A model generated the notes under the pieces. It ran no database searches. It was not told the DNA's origin and was given only the letters and a program-made list of their open reading frames with translations. From positions 1,632,001 to 1,696,000 of the forward strand of contig OY968796.1 of assembly GCA_963695545.1 (NCBI GenBank): a stretch of DNA of 64,000 nt, given 5' to 3'. The position numbers were made by a program, and so were the translations under genes. Origin of the DNA: Terriglobia bacterium. Lineage in GTDB: Bacteria > Acidobacteriota > Terriglobia > Acidiferrales > UBA7541. Positions 20,093-30,830 of this stretch are shown one piece after another (positions within the stretch are counted from its first letter, which is position 1; each line of letters starts with the position of its first letter).

Positions 20093-20949
20093 GCAAACCC
20101 AAACCGAATCTGGATGATTTCGCAGATGTTCTGGAGCTTCTGGCCGAGCGCTACAGCAAGGTCGAGGGTCAGGGCGAAAAGTCGGCGGAATGGGTGCGGA
20201 TGTCGATTGTTTACGCAGAGACCAAGTTGCGAGCTCTGCGGTTCATTCTTGCGCGTTCTTCGCCTGGATCGAGGCCGCGGCTGCTGGACATTGGTACGCA
20301 AATCGGATCCCTCCCACTTTACGCATCGCGATTAGGCATCGAAGCAGCGGGCTTGGATTACGCCGAGTTTGCGCCGGACTGCGAACGAATACTTCGGGAA
20401 TATGGCGTCGATTATCGCGTGGGCGATATTGGGAGGGAACGTTTGCCCTTCGCCGATGAGAGCTTCGACTGCGTAACCTACATGGACGTGATCGAGCACC
20501 ATCCGTACTCGCCGAAGCGCGTGCTGCACGAAGTACGGCGCGTTCTTACGGCGCGCGGCTGCGTCATCATCACGACGCCCAACCATGCATCGATTTATAA
20601 CCGTCTCTCACTGCTGCGCGGTCGATCTGTGAATGACACGTTCGACTATTTTTTCGAGGTGTCCAAAGACCAGAGCATCTATTTTGGGCACCACCGTGAG
20701 TACACGCGCATCGAATTACGGACTGCGCTGGAACAAACGGGCTTCCATGTTTTGCAATGTGCGGGGATCGATGAGGGCATTCGGGCGCAGTGGAGGGCGG
20801 TTCGCTTAGCCAGCCTTCGCCGGCGCATTGCGGCGCTACGAGAGCATGGAAAGTTTCTTGGGGCCAATGTGTTAGGGCATGTGTGGAGTGGACTTTCTCT
20901 CCCATTCGGCCGAGTGCTTTGGGCGGTAGGCGAAAAGGTCGATGGTTAA
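20089..20949 (+). CDS. Class I SAM-dependent methyltransferase
   Basis: LLDIGT, LPFADESFD, DVIEH, ITTPN, H.REYT; ATGA overlap with previous gene. Confidence 0.88.
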   Translation: MSKPKPNLDDFADVLELLAERYSKVEGQGEKSAEWVRMSIVYAETKLRALRFILARSSPGSRPRLLDIGTQIGSLPLYASRLGIEAAGLDYAEFAPDCERILREYGVDYRVGDIGRERLPFADESFDCVTYMDVIEHHPYSPKRVLHEVRRVLTARGCVIITTPNHASIYNRLSLLRGRSVNDTFDYFFEVSKDQSIYFGHHREYTRIELRTALEQTGFHVLQCAGIDEGIRAQWRAVRLASLRRRIAALREHGKFLGANVLGHVWSGLSLPFGRVLWAVGEKVDG

Positions 20950-21056
20950 CTTTTAATGTCGTCCCATCGAGTGACGCGAGTCGATGAAATATCGACCTTC
21001 GATATTCGCCTCGTAAGCACCCATGGAGGTCAACGAAGTCGCAGCCCGTCGAAAAT

Positions 21057-21752
21057 TCAATCCGCTTTCTTTAGAAAAAAGGTAGAAGTCCGAAAGTGAC
21101 CTACACAAAGGCTGAGAAGATTGTGTCCCCTCCGATACAGAACTGTGAAACCGGCGGCCTTCAACCTGCGCGATACATCCGGCTCAAACATCCGGTACGT
21201 GTGTGCAATCACGAGGAGGTCATGCTTTCGGCGACGCTTGGTCCACGTATACCACTTCAAGAGGCCAAGCACGGAAAACGTGTCGACGTCAAAAAAAAAC
21301 AGTCCTCCTGGTTTCAGAATCCGCGCGATCTCACCGAGAATCTTGTCCGGTCTGAACGCGTGGTCGATCACGTTGCAGCAAATCACAAGGTCTGAACACT
21401 TATCAGCCAGCGGAATATTTTCTCCGATACCCACGACGTACTGCACGGGTCGGCGCCATTCGTTGATGAACGGAGTGAAAGGCGCCCGTGGATCCAACTC
21501 AAGACGCGGGTCGGGTTCTACGCACAAGCGAATTGGTATGTCTCGTAGGAACCCACTGATACCCAGGCCCCAGGGCCCCGGCCCGATTTCGACACTGACT
21601 CTCGGCGTTTCCTTCAGAAGCCGCGATAGGTGTCGGGCCTTGGCCGCGTTGTGATAAAGCACATCGAGCGTATCCGTCGGACCGATCGCCATGCCGGCGA
21701 AGAATCCGGGTTCGGTCGATTGCGCTTCACGCCAGCGCTCTATCGTCACCAT
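21057..21752 (-). CDS. Class I SAM-dependent methyltransferase
   Basis: VEIGPGP.G, GENIP, NVIDH, RILKPGG. Confidence 0.85.
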   Translation of the reverse strand: MVTIERWREAQSTEPGFFAGMAIGPTDTLDVLYHNAAKARHLSRLLKETPRVSVEIGPGPWGLGISGFLRDIPIRLCVEPDPRLELDPRAPFTPFINEWRRPVQYVVGIGENIPLADKCSDLVICCNVIDHAFRPDKILGEIARILKPGGLFFFDVDTFSVLGLLKWYTWTKRRRKHDLLVIAHTYRMFEPDVSRRLKAAGFTVLYRRGHNLLSLCVGHFRTSTFFLKKAD

Positions 21753-21810
21753 CGTTCAAACTCCAGCGTGCCCGAAGTCTCGGAAACCGATTGCATCGAA
21801 CCCATCGGCT

Positions 21811-22806
21811 TCACGGGGTCGACGAACGTTTTTTTTGCTTAATGTACGCGTCGGCGGCTTGAACCTTCGCACGGATGCCTTCTTCGCCAAATTTGGCCCC
21901 GTAGCTTTCTCCGCCGAAGTGATGAATATAAGAATCGCGGATCCACACCACGCGACGACCCGCTTCCAATACACGACTGCATAGTTCAAATTCGTTGCCA
22001 TAATCCGGAAGTTCGGGGTCAAAGCCGCCGAGTTCATCCCACAAGTTGCGTCTTATGAATAAGGCGAAACCCGAAACCCATTTCAAATCGACTACCACGG
22101 GTTCCTGAAACTGTGTCAATAATCGATTTGCGAATACGCATATTTGGCTCTCGTTCCAATACGCGCCAAGATTCTCCGCCAGGCTCAAAACCTGAGAAGT
22201 TGCCGCAATGCACGTGGAAGGGCCAGCGATGCCGATGTTCTGATCCTGCTCGAACACTTCTTTGACTCGCCGCCAGCACCAAGGCGTAACCACAGTGTCA
22301 GAATTCAGAAGGCAAAGATATGGACGCGTAGCCAAGCTCGCCCCCGCCCGACAGGCTTCACTATGCCCAAATGGTTTCTCGTGACGAACAACTCTCCATT
22401 CATCGCGGACGGTGAAGCGCTGAATCAGGTCCAAAGTCTCACGGCGTTTGGAGCCGTCGTCGACCAGTATGATTTCGGATTCCGCGGCATATTTTTCGAG
22501 GCTGAGTAAGCAGCGGCGAGTAACCCTCGGCGCGTCATGAATCGCTACAACGATGGACATCGAGGCGCTTGCCTGGCGATCTTCAGGCGACTGCGCGAAC
22601 TCGATGTGACGCGGGAAGTCGCGGCGCAGGGCCCGCCCCTTAATCTCGCGCACACTGCGGATCACAAATAGCGGCAGCAGTCTCGAGAGGAAACGTGGGA
22701 TGTGCCACTTTAAAGCCCAAGGCCGTTGCTCGGGAATGCGATTGGGGTCCCATGGAGCGTTGCTTTGACAGGAGGTCCTTGATGCTTCATTCGCTTTATC
22801 GGTCAT
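21811..22806 (-). CDS. GT2 glycosyltransferase
   Basis: SIVVAIH, ILVDDGS, LLNSDTVV, LGGFD, YIHHFGG.S. Confidence 0.9.
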   Translation of the reverse strand: MTDKANEASRTSCQSNAPWDPNRIPEQRPWALKWHIPRFLSRLLPLFVIRSVREIKGRALRRDFPRHIEFAQSPEDRQASASMSIVVAIHDAPRVTRRCLLSLEKYAAESEIILVDDGSKRRETLDLIQRFTVRDEWRVVRHEKPFGHSEACRAGASLATRPYLCLLNSDTVVTPWCWRRVKEVFEQDQNIGIAGPSTCIAATSQVLSLAENLGAYWNESQICVFANRLLTQFQEPVVVDLKWVSGFALFIRRNLWDELGGFDPELPDYGNEFELCSRVLEAGRRVVWIRDSYIHHFGGESYGAKFGEEGIRAKVQAADAYIKQKKRSSTP

Positions 22807-23120
22807 AAGATTTTCTTAAAATTAATCCGCCGCCCTAGATTCGTAACCGAGCCACGTGTTTTCGAGAAATTTCGTTTTGATCTTCTCGTTCTCTCAAAAG
22901 CGTAACCTGCGTGTCACGTCAGGTCAACCGCAATACGCGCCTATTGCTGTAAGGCGAAGGCCAAACGAGCGGGCGCCGCAGCTTTTGGCCCAGCCCACTG
23001 CCGTAATCACTGTGTTCTGGTCGGCGGTCTCATGGTAATTTCGTGGCCGCGTCCACGATGTGCATTAGCGCACAAGGACGGCAGCGGGTATCGAGGTGCT
23101 TTGTCTCGGTGTTATATCGC

Positions 23121-23879
23121 ATGAAGAAAATATTGGACATTGAAATTTACCCCGACTACGGCCGGGACGCACGACGAGGTCGGTGGTTAAGGAAATTCAT
23201 TCTCCGTTTTCTCCCGATGCATGCTTACGTGAACCTACGGACAGAACTTCCGTTGACGTGGCTGCGGTTGAAGAGCGGTGGCGTCGCGAGACGCTACCGA
23301 AAATCAGACAATATGCTCGTAAACATCGGCCCTGGAGCTCAAGCCAAAAGCGGATGGGTAAACGTGGACGCGTGGAAAGGCCCGCTGATTGACTGTCTCT
23401 ATGATTGCCGCAAAAGCTTGCCATTTCCTGATGCATCTGTCAGAGGGATATTCTGCGAGCATTTTTTTGAACATATCGACTACACCGAGGAGGTGCCTTA
23501 CTTCCTTTCGGAGTGTCACCGCGTTCTGAAGATAGGTGGTGTGCTCCGGCTGATTCTGCCTGACGCGGAGAAGTATTTGCGAGCTTACTGCAAGGGGGGG
23601 TGGGAGGAACTCGACCGAATCCGGCCTTTAGACCCGGAGCATACGGACTCCTACTACAACTTTAAGTACAACACTCGAATGGAACTAATGAATTTAATAT
23701 TCCGACAAGGTCATGACCATAAGTTCGCATACGACTTTGAAACGCTCACCTTTCTTCTTCATCGTTACGGATTCTCGGAAGTTGTGCGGCAGGCATACGC
23801 AACATCGCTGATGCCCGAACTTTGTCTGGATCAACTGCTGCGCGCCTCCGAAAGTCTTTACGTTGACGCCAGAAAATAG
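23121..23879 (+). CDS. Methyltransferase domain protein (Methyltransf_11-like)
   Basis: VNIGPG...GWVNVD, LPFPD, EHFFEH, RVLK.GG, ESLYVDARK. Confidence 0.85.
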   Translation: MKKILDIEIYPDYGRDARRGRWLRKFILRFLPMHAYVNLRTELPLTWLRLKSGGVARRYRKSDNMLVNIGPGAQAKSGWVNVDAWKGPLIDCLYDCRKSLPFPDASVRGIFCEHFFEHIDYTEEVPYFLSECHRVLKIGGVLRLILPDAEKYLRAYCKGGWEELDRIRPLDPEHTDSYYNFKYNTRMELMNLIFRQGHDHKFAYDFETLTFLLHRYGFSEVVRQAYATSLMPELCLDQLLRASESLYVDARK

Positions 23880-23927
23880 ACCCTCCGGCTCGAACAGCGC
23901 GCGACTCGCCTGCACCGCTGTTGCTCT

Positions 23928-25007
23928 CTAATTGCGAACGGGAGACGCTGGTCGCGGAAGGAATCGTTTTTCCAATACGTCGCGCAACCGGAACGACGGA
24001 CGCTCGACCAACCCGTACGACAACTCCGCGCACGCCAGAATCGCCCCCAAGTTCAACGGAGCCCAGAATGCATTCGGCCCCGTGAACATCTGCTGCCACA
24101 AATAAATTCCGTATGAAATCACGCCGATGTGCCGCATGAGCCGCCAGTTCAGGAACTTTCCAAATCCCGAAAATGGCCTTCTAACCGCGTACAGAATCAC
24201 AACGGAAATCAAAAATCCCTCGAGGCCATAGCCGATCGTCCAGTCGTAACGCGCAGCGAAGCGCGTGGAAAGACAGGGAGCGAGGACCACAATGTAGAAA
24301 ATCGAGAAAAGCACCAAGGGCGGGCGCACGATTCTCTCCACCCAGCGCTCGAACCTGGCGTCCTTCGAGAGCAGCGCCATCGCGCACCCGAACATGATCG
24401 TGTCCAGGCGCGTGTGGAGCATCATGTCTTCATTTCCGCGAAGCGCCGGCGCGAGCACGTAAGTCACGAAGCGTATGCCAGGCGACAGCAGCACGGCGCC
24501 GACCGCCAGCGCTATGCCTTTCTTCCTGCCGAGGAAAACCAGGCACGGCGCCCAAACGATGTAGAACTGCTCCTCTAGACTCAGCGACCATGTGTGTGCC
24601 AGCAGCCAACTAGGACCGTGGGGCAGGTAGTTATATGTGTATGTAGCTGCGGTGATGAATCCGTGATAACCGAGCGTCTGCAAGCCGGCCTTCGAGAGAA
24701 TCCACACAATAAGGAGAAACAAATAAAACGGCGGAAAGATGCGAAAAAATCGCCGCAGATAAAATCTCTTTAGGCGGTATCCGGTTTTCTCGTCGCCATC
24801 CTTGAGCAGGAGGCCTGTGATCAGGAATCCGCTGATGACAAAGAAAACGTCCACTCCCGATTGGCCCAAATGTACGATTTGGAGAAAGGGGAAACTGTTC
24901 GGCTCGCCGCGAATGTACCCGAGGGAGTGGCTGACGATCACCAAAGCAACGGAGATCGTCCTCAATCCGTCGAGCGATGGAATAGATCTTGATGTCGAAT
25001 AGGCCAC
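23928..25007 (-). CDS. Acyltransferase family 3 (OafA-like polysaccharide O-acyltransferase)
   Basis: LDGLR, GVDVFFVISGFLIT, RRFFRIFP, HTWSLSLEEQFY, ISYGIYLW, VERP. Confidence 0.93.
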   Translation of the reverse strand: MAYSTSRSIPSLDGLRTISVALVIVSHSLGYIRGEPNSFPFLQIVHLGQSGVDVFFVISGFLITGLLLKDGDEKTGYRLKRFYLRRFFRIFPPFYLFLLIVWILSKAGLQTLGYHGFITAATYTYNYLPHGPSWLLAHTWSLSLEEQFYIVWAPCLVFLGRKKGIALAVGAVLLSPGIRFVTYVLAPALRGNEDMMLHTRLDTIMFGCAMALLSKDARFERWVERIVRPPLVLFSIFYIVVLAPCLSTRFAARYDWTIGYGLEGFLISVVILYAVRRPFSGFGKFLNWRLMRHIGVISYGIYLWQQMFTGPNAFWAPLNLGAILACAELSYGLVERPSFRLRDVLEKRFLPRPASPVRN

Positions 25008-25399
25008 GAGTCTTTCCCTCGCTGTCTCCGCTCCGACGAGGTACCGCCAACTCTTGGCGCGGGCTTTCGATTTAACATTTTGTCCCGCGCATCGTACACT
25101 TGTACCATGCTCGGCACAACCAATCTGGCGCGGGCACCGCTATTTGGAAGAATCCCAATCTATGAAGGGCGAATGGGCGATCCACACCGATCCGGGTGAG
25201 CAAAAATCCCGAACCCTTGGTTCGCCGCAAGAAGCCGGTGCAACTTAACACCGAATCTGTTCGGCGTTAACGACCGGCCAATCGGGATGAGAACGCGGGT
25301 TGCTGAGCGCAGACGCCCCAGCACTTCAACTGAACAAAAATGATAAGTGAATTGCAAGATCACTTAGAACGAAACAGAAAATAGGAGAGGTCTGGGATC

Positions 25400-26501
25400 G
25401 ATTTGCTTTGGGAACGGCTGTCGCGGGTTCTCGCGTGACCATCTGATAGCAGCAACGTTCGAGCCAAAAGTGATGTTGGTTCGTGACCAACGGCATGCTT
25501 TCACCGTCGAAGAGGCGGCCATTTTCACCGCCGCCTCAACGCGAAGCCGTCCCTAGAGATATGAAACCCATCCGGCGCGACGCGCACCACGAAAGCTCCG
25601 TTGACGCCTTCGTCGACGATTGGCTTGTGAACACAAATGTGAAACTGTACGCGCGGGCAAGGGGCAAGCTGAAACAGTACTCGGTCCCTCGATACCCGCT
25701 TCCCCCGGGCATCCGGCCAAATCGTTCTCGACGTTGGATGCGGCTGGGGACGTTGGAGCATCGCCGCGGCCCACGCCGAAACGATTTCCATCGGTATGGA
25801 TGTGCGCATCGATTCCTTGATGGCCGCCGGCCGGGTCTCCCCATCGATGGGGCGTGGAGATCAGTTATGTGCGCGGGGAGGCGGGAGGATCGCCACTGCG
25901 CCCCAAGTCTGTCGATGTGTTGTATTGATTCAGCGTCTTGCAGCATGTCGACAGAGTAAAGGAGGTCCGCTTCTTGAGGGAATTCTCCCGGGTGCTGAAA
26001 CCGGAAAGCCTCTGTTTAGTCCAACTTTCGAACGCGTTTGGTACCTCCAGTATTGTCCGCCAGGCGAGGCGCGGATTTCGTGATGCGCCGCCGAATTCCT
26101 TTGAGATGCGGCACTCGATGCGCGCCGGTATTCGGGCCGCGATTGAAAAAGCCGGCCTGCGACGGTTCCGACCTCACGCAGACGGCGTCTTCTGGCAAGG
26201 TTCCCAACTTTCGGACCTCGACTTGCTGTCGCCCTTGGGAAAGTTGATAGTTGTAGTCTCCCACGTTGGACGCAAGGCGGCCGACGCTCTGCCCTTTATC
26301 GTGCGGTTGGCGGACAGTATCTGGGTGAACGCCCACTCGCCTCAGGTCGTTTCTCGCACGGTTGATGCAAAGGACGCCCGTGTGCGAAGATCGCTTCGCT
26401 TTCGAAGTGCGAGTTGCCTCCTCACTGTCGAAGATTCCTGCGCGCCGCAATTGGAACAACATCAGGTGCAGTGGCGGGGCCCGCGCGGCCGGCGGAAGTG
26501 A
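25400..26501 (+). pseudogene. Frameshifted SAM-dependent methyltransferase (boundaries approximate)
   Basis: Pieces in three frames: ...VDDWLVNTN..LY..., VLDVGCGWGRW (motif I, near 25723), then VLQHVD...FSRVLKP. Confidence 0.7.
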
Positions 26502-26677
26502 TCTCGGTGTGTGCCGATCACTTGTTATCGTTTCCAAGTTAGTCTCAAACGACAGCCTGATGGCGCTGGAAGCGAAATCCGAATGCTGGTTTCGGGAATG
26601 CTGGGTAATTATGACGCTACCTATAAAATGCCGCGGGGTATAATGCGTGTCGTTCTGGATCTTCGGCGGAGGCGGAA

Positions 26678-27610
26678 TTGTTGACGCTTCGGGCCTTCGG
26701 TCGGGTAACAAAGCCCGAGTATGTGTTTCGACCACAGCAGATTGGGCGAAGGGTGTGGATTGAGGCTCTCCCGAGAAAATCAGAACTCACGAGAGTAAGG
26801 CTGCCGTGGGGTTATCCGATTGCCGTAAATCCCAACGAAGTACTTGGATGGGCGATCTATTCACGTGCGATCTGTGAAGTGGCGGTTACTGAGGCACTTT
26901 GGCGATTGTCACAGCCAGGCGACATCGTGGTCGACGGCGGCGCGAACATCGGGTACTCGACGAGCATCTTCGCGGCGCGTCTCGGGTCCAAGGGTAAAAT
27001 CCACAGTTTCGAACCAGATCCTCGAGCATTTTGCGAGCTGCAAAAAAATGTCAGGGTGTGGGAAGACCGCGGACAGTGCGGTCCGTTTGTCCTACACCAC
27101 GCGGCGTTGGGTGCGCGAACGGGTACTGCGACGCTGCACGTTCCCGAGTCCTCCGGATGGAACGGCGGCAGGGCTCGTATCGAAACCACCCCCATCGCAG
27201 AGCCGGGATCGAGGCTCGAGGTGAATCTCGTCTCGCTGGATGAAGTGTTTCGAAGCGGAGAAAGGATCAGCGTGGTTAAGCTCGATCTGGAAGGATTCGA
27301 ACTTGATGCTCTGATGGGAATGGAACAAATGCTGCGCGAGCGCCGCATCGATCACATCGTCTTCGAGGAGTTCGGCGACTTTCCGGCCCCCACGCATGAA
27401 TTTCTCCGGAAGGCTGGCTATTCGGTGTTTGGACTCGAGTCCCACTTCCTAGGTCTTAAGTGCTGCCGCAATAAGCAGCCGCGCACCAATCCGGTGTATG
27501 GGCCCCCGCCAAACTATGTGGCGACCTATGAGCCGGAAAAAACCGTGCGGCGGCTGGAACGCGGTCTGTGGAGATCCTTCGGACCCGCCAGTTATCTGTC
27601 GAGCCCGTGA
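26678..27610 (+). CDS. FkbM family methyltransferase
   Basis: VDGGANIG, FEPDP, VKLDLEGFE. Confidence 0.9.
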   Translation: MLTLRAFGRVTKPEYVFRPQQIGRRVWIEALPRKSELTRVRLPWGYPIAVNPNEVLGWAIYSRAICEVAVTEALWRLSQPGDIVVDGGANIGYSTSIFAARLGSKGKIHSFEPDPRAFCELQKNVRVWEDRGQCGPFVLHHAALGARTGTATLHVPESSGWNGGRARIETTPIAEPGSRLEVNLVSLDEVFRSGERISVVKLDLEGFELDALMGMEQMLRERRIDHIVFEEFGDFPAPTHEFLRKAGYSVFGLESHFLGLKCCRNKQPRTNPVYGPPPNYVATYEPEKTVRRLERGLWRSFGPASYLSSP

Positions 27611-27689
27611 TAGGCCGGAGTACGGTTGCGACGCGCACCGTGCAGCGCATCCTGCCGTCCCACAACGTAGAACGCAGTGAGCGTTTCTT

Positions 27690-28469
27690 GTCAGTACGCA
27701 GCCCGCTTTCGGCTCAGCCAAGATGTGATTGACGTCTAACAATTCGGTGTCGGATCCCAATGGGCCGAAAAATTTGCGTGCCACCCGATCATTGTTTTCC
27801 GAGTGCGTTTCGCAAATGATCCACGGATGGTGTCTTTCCAAAAGTACTTTGGCTCCGCCAAGCACCTCGAGTTCGGCGCCTCCGATGTCGCACTTCATAG
27901 CGTCGGCGGGGGGAAGCAGAGCGAATGAAATCGTCGAGAGCGAAACACCGAACGTTCGTGCCGATGACGGGATTTTCGCCCGCAACGAACGCACCGGTAA
28001 CGTGCTCGATCGACGACGCGTCGCGAGGGCACAACTTACGACAGCGTTTGCAGACCAGCCCCCGCCTCGACGAGGGTAATGTTTCTGAAGTCGCTCAGTT
28101 CAAAATTCCGACGCACGTGTGCCACCAATTCGGCATCCTGCTCAAAATAAATACCTTGCCGGTCGGACCGACCAACCGGGGCGCCAATAACGAGAAAAAC
28201 CCAGTATTGGCGCGAACGTCGTAAAAGACCATTCAGGGCCGCTGCCGTTCGGCCAATACGCTCTGCGTGGCAACCTCGGCCCGGCCGCGCACGTAGTAAT
28301 CGCCGGCGCGCGGGCCGACTTTGGGGGAAATGCCTGGCGCGGGGCCCACCTCTATCCGCGCAAACAATCTTTCATTTGTAGGAAGAATCCGGCGACGCAA
28401 ATAGTGGATCAAACTGCCTTGCGCCGGGATTTTGCGCAGCGAGCGAATCGGCGCAGGGGTGTGCAACAC
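27690..28469 (-). pseudogene. Disrupted FkbM family methyltransferase (3' end approximate)
   Basis: N-terminal ORF stops at 28233 just before MVFYDVRANTGFFSLLA.RLVGPTGKV; KCDIGGAELEVL and IICETHS lie in another frame. Confidence 0.75.
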
Positions 28470-28769
28470 AAGACGCCCGAACTATTCGCGCGCTCGTGCC
28501 ATGCTTATTCTTCCACCAGATACCTATAGCTTGCCAACAGTTCAATGTACGAGATCAAAGAACGCGAATGGCAAAACGCAGGCATACGCATCGCGAGTTT
28601 GCACAGCCGAGTGAATCAATGGACCGGACTCTTCGATATGGACTTAAGATTCGCGCATCGTATGCAGCTTCTGTGTGCAACGCAACTTATTCGCCACCCC
28701 TACTCAACGCATCGCGATCTCAAGATTGTCACAGGGATTTCCTTGGTTACTCCCGTTCCCCGAGAGTTT

Positions 28770-29882
28770 CTACCTTTGCTCGAGAAACAGCTGCATCAGC
28801 AAGCGCGATCTGCGTTCGAGAGAAAACAGCGTAGCGCGGCGAAGGGCTCCCTGCGCCAGGCGTCGCCTCAATGGTTCGTTCGTGAGCAATGTGATGAGAG
28901 CCTGCGCGAGCGCGGCGACGTCCCCCACCGGGACGAGCAAGCCGCTTTCGCCGTCCTGAACAATTTCCTTCAGTCCGCCCACCGCCGTCGCGACCACGGG
29001 AATGCCGCAAGCCATGGCCTCAAGCGCCACCAACCCAAACGCCTCATAATGTGAAGGCAGAACGGCAATGTTCAAGGAGTTCCAAAAAGCCGGCATTTGA
29101 TTGCGCGGCATGGAGTCCACCGTGGACAAGCCGCCACTCCGCTCTGTTTCCCGTATCTTCAGCGTGCATTCAACGGAACCCGGTCTTTCGTCCACGGTTT
29201 TCCAGAGTTGTGCGCCTCCCGCCAAACACAATTCGGCATGCGGAGCAGCGGACTTTACTGACTGCCACGCTGCAAGCAGATCGTAGATTCCTTTGCCGGG
29301 CTCCCACTGTCCAGCAAAACCGACTCGCAACGTTTCCATCTGCCGACTCTCGAATCCGCGATCGGCCGGGCGAAAAAGCGCAAGATCCACGGCGTTTGGC
29401 ACCACCACCAAGCAACGTTCCGGTATTCCATGATGTAGATCAAGCAACAATCGCCTCTCGTTCTCACTTGGAAATAGATATCGCGCCCGTCCGAATCGTG
29501 AACGCCATAGCGGCCAGTTCCAATAGCGTGGCAGGGGAGTGTTCCAATCAAAACGTGCAATGACGCGATCGGGAGCCATACCCGCGAGGGTCGGTTCATT
29601 GTATGCAACGATCAATGCCTTGCGTTCGTGGTGAAGCAACCTCGCTCCGTATTCGATCGACGTGACGAGGCGCAACTTGGTCCGCAGTGGAAGAACACGG
29701 ACAGGCGCGCCATCAAAAGCCGCGCGCGCGTACACTCTCACTGGGATTCCAGCTTTCCTCAAGATTGAGGCGTCCTCCCACAACACGACTTCCGATCCCC
29801 CGCACGGATCGGCGCCCAGCTTGCCAAGGCGCGTCGCAAGGAGCGCCACGCCATATTTCTCGAGCTTAGCATGTGGCGTCAC
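28770..29882 (-). CDS. GT4 glycosyltransferase
   Basis: VPNAVD, KG, EAFGLVALEAMACGIPVV. Confidence 0.92.
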   Translation of the reverse strand: MTPHAKLEKYGVALLATRLGKLGADPCGGSEVVLWEDASILRKAGIPVRVYARAAFDGAPVRVLPLRTKLRLVTSIEYGARLLHHERKALIVAYNEPTLAGMAPDRVIARFDWNTPLPRYWNWPLWRSRFGRARYLFPSENERRLLLDLHHGIPERCLVVVPNAVDLALFRPADRGFESRQMETLRVGFAGQWEPGKGIYDLLAAWQSVKSAAPHAELCLAGGAQLWKTVDERPGSVECTLKIRETERSGGLSTVDSMPRNQMPAFWNSLNIAVLPSHYEAFGLVALEAMACGIPVVATAVGGLKEIVQDGESGLLVPVGDVAALAQALITLLTNEPLRRRLAQGALRRATLFSLERRSRLLMQLFLEQR

Positions 29883-30778
29883 CGCCAGCTTCCCGCCACT
29901 CGCGCGCCGCGATTGATCAAGCCCACGATCGCGAGCGCCTTTGATAGCTCACTCAAGCCCACCACCACGCCGCCCCAGCAGCCCTGAAAAATCGCGTGAA
30001 CAAACGCCCGGGCACATGTGCTCAGCGAGCGCATTACTAGCGGCCACCGTTGTCGAGAAGCAGTGTTCCCACAATTCCTGATCCACCAGCCTCCTTCGCT
30101 CCCGCGGAACCAGGCCAGGCGCAGCATCCGCTTCAAGCCGATCTCCTCGGGAGTCTTGTAATGCCACACCAAAGCCTCGGGGACGAATCGCGCGGTGACT
30201 CCCGCGCGCCTTAGCCAATCGTCTTCTTCCGCAGGCGGTCTGATCCCTTCGTCAAAGCTCGTCGCGTCGAAAACCCAGCGGCACGCTGCCATGTTGCACG
30301 CCACGGGAACAACTACGCCGTCCACTCCAATCGGCGGAGCGAGCACCTCGGAAAGATACGGGCTCACCTCCCCGCGGTGTTTCCCAAGGAGCGGACCTTC
30401 AATCGTCAGACGGATTGCGCCCGAAACTACCGGAGTCTCGTGCGACAGGTTGTTGAGCAGCTTCTCCAGCCAGCCCTCCGTGACGATGGCATCGTCATCG
30501 ATCATCACGATGATTTCGCCTCGCGCGATGTGCATACCTCGATTTCGCGCGGCGTTTGCGCCTCGTGGACGCTCTTGCCGCAAACACTGGGCTGACCAGC
30601 CGCTCGCGCTGGCGAATTCTTCTACGATCTGCAGCGTCGCGTCTGCCGAGCAATCGTCCACGACAATCACTTCCGGAGCGTTGAGTCCGTGCGCGCCAGC
30701 GGGCAGCGCCGCCAAGCATCGCGCGAGTATCGCCGAGCGGTTCCGTGTTGGAATGACGATGGAGATGGATCTGTTCAT
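29879..30778 (-). CDS. GT2 glycosyltransferase
   Basis: SIVIPTRNR, VVDDCS.D, ARN.G, IDDD. Confidence 0.9.
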   Translation of the reverse strand: MNRSISIVIPTRNRSAILARCLAALPAGAHGLNAPEVIVVDDCSADATLQIVEEFASASGWSAQCLRQERPRGANAARNRGMHIARGEIIVMIDDDAIVTEGWLEKLLNNLSHETPVVSGAIRLTIEGPLLGKHRGEVSPYLSEVLAPPIGVDGVVVPVACNMAACRWVFDATSFDEGIRPPAEEDDWLRRAGVTARFVPEALVWHYKTPEEIGLKRMLRLAWFRGSEGGWWIRNCGNTASRQRWPLVMRSLSTCARAFVHAIFQGCWGGVVVGLSELSKALAIVGLINRGARVAGSWR

Positions 30779-30830
30779 AAGTGTTGTCGCTGGTCTAACA
30801 GCGCCATCGTTGGCCGCGACCGGGATTCAA

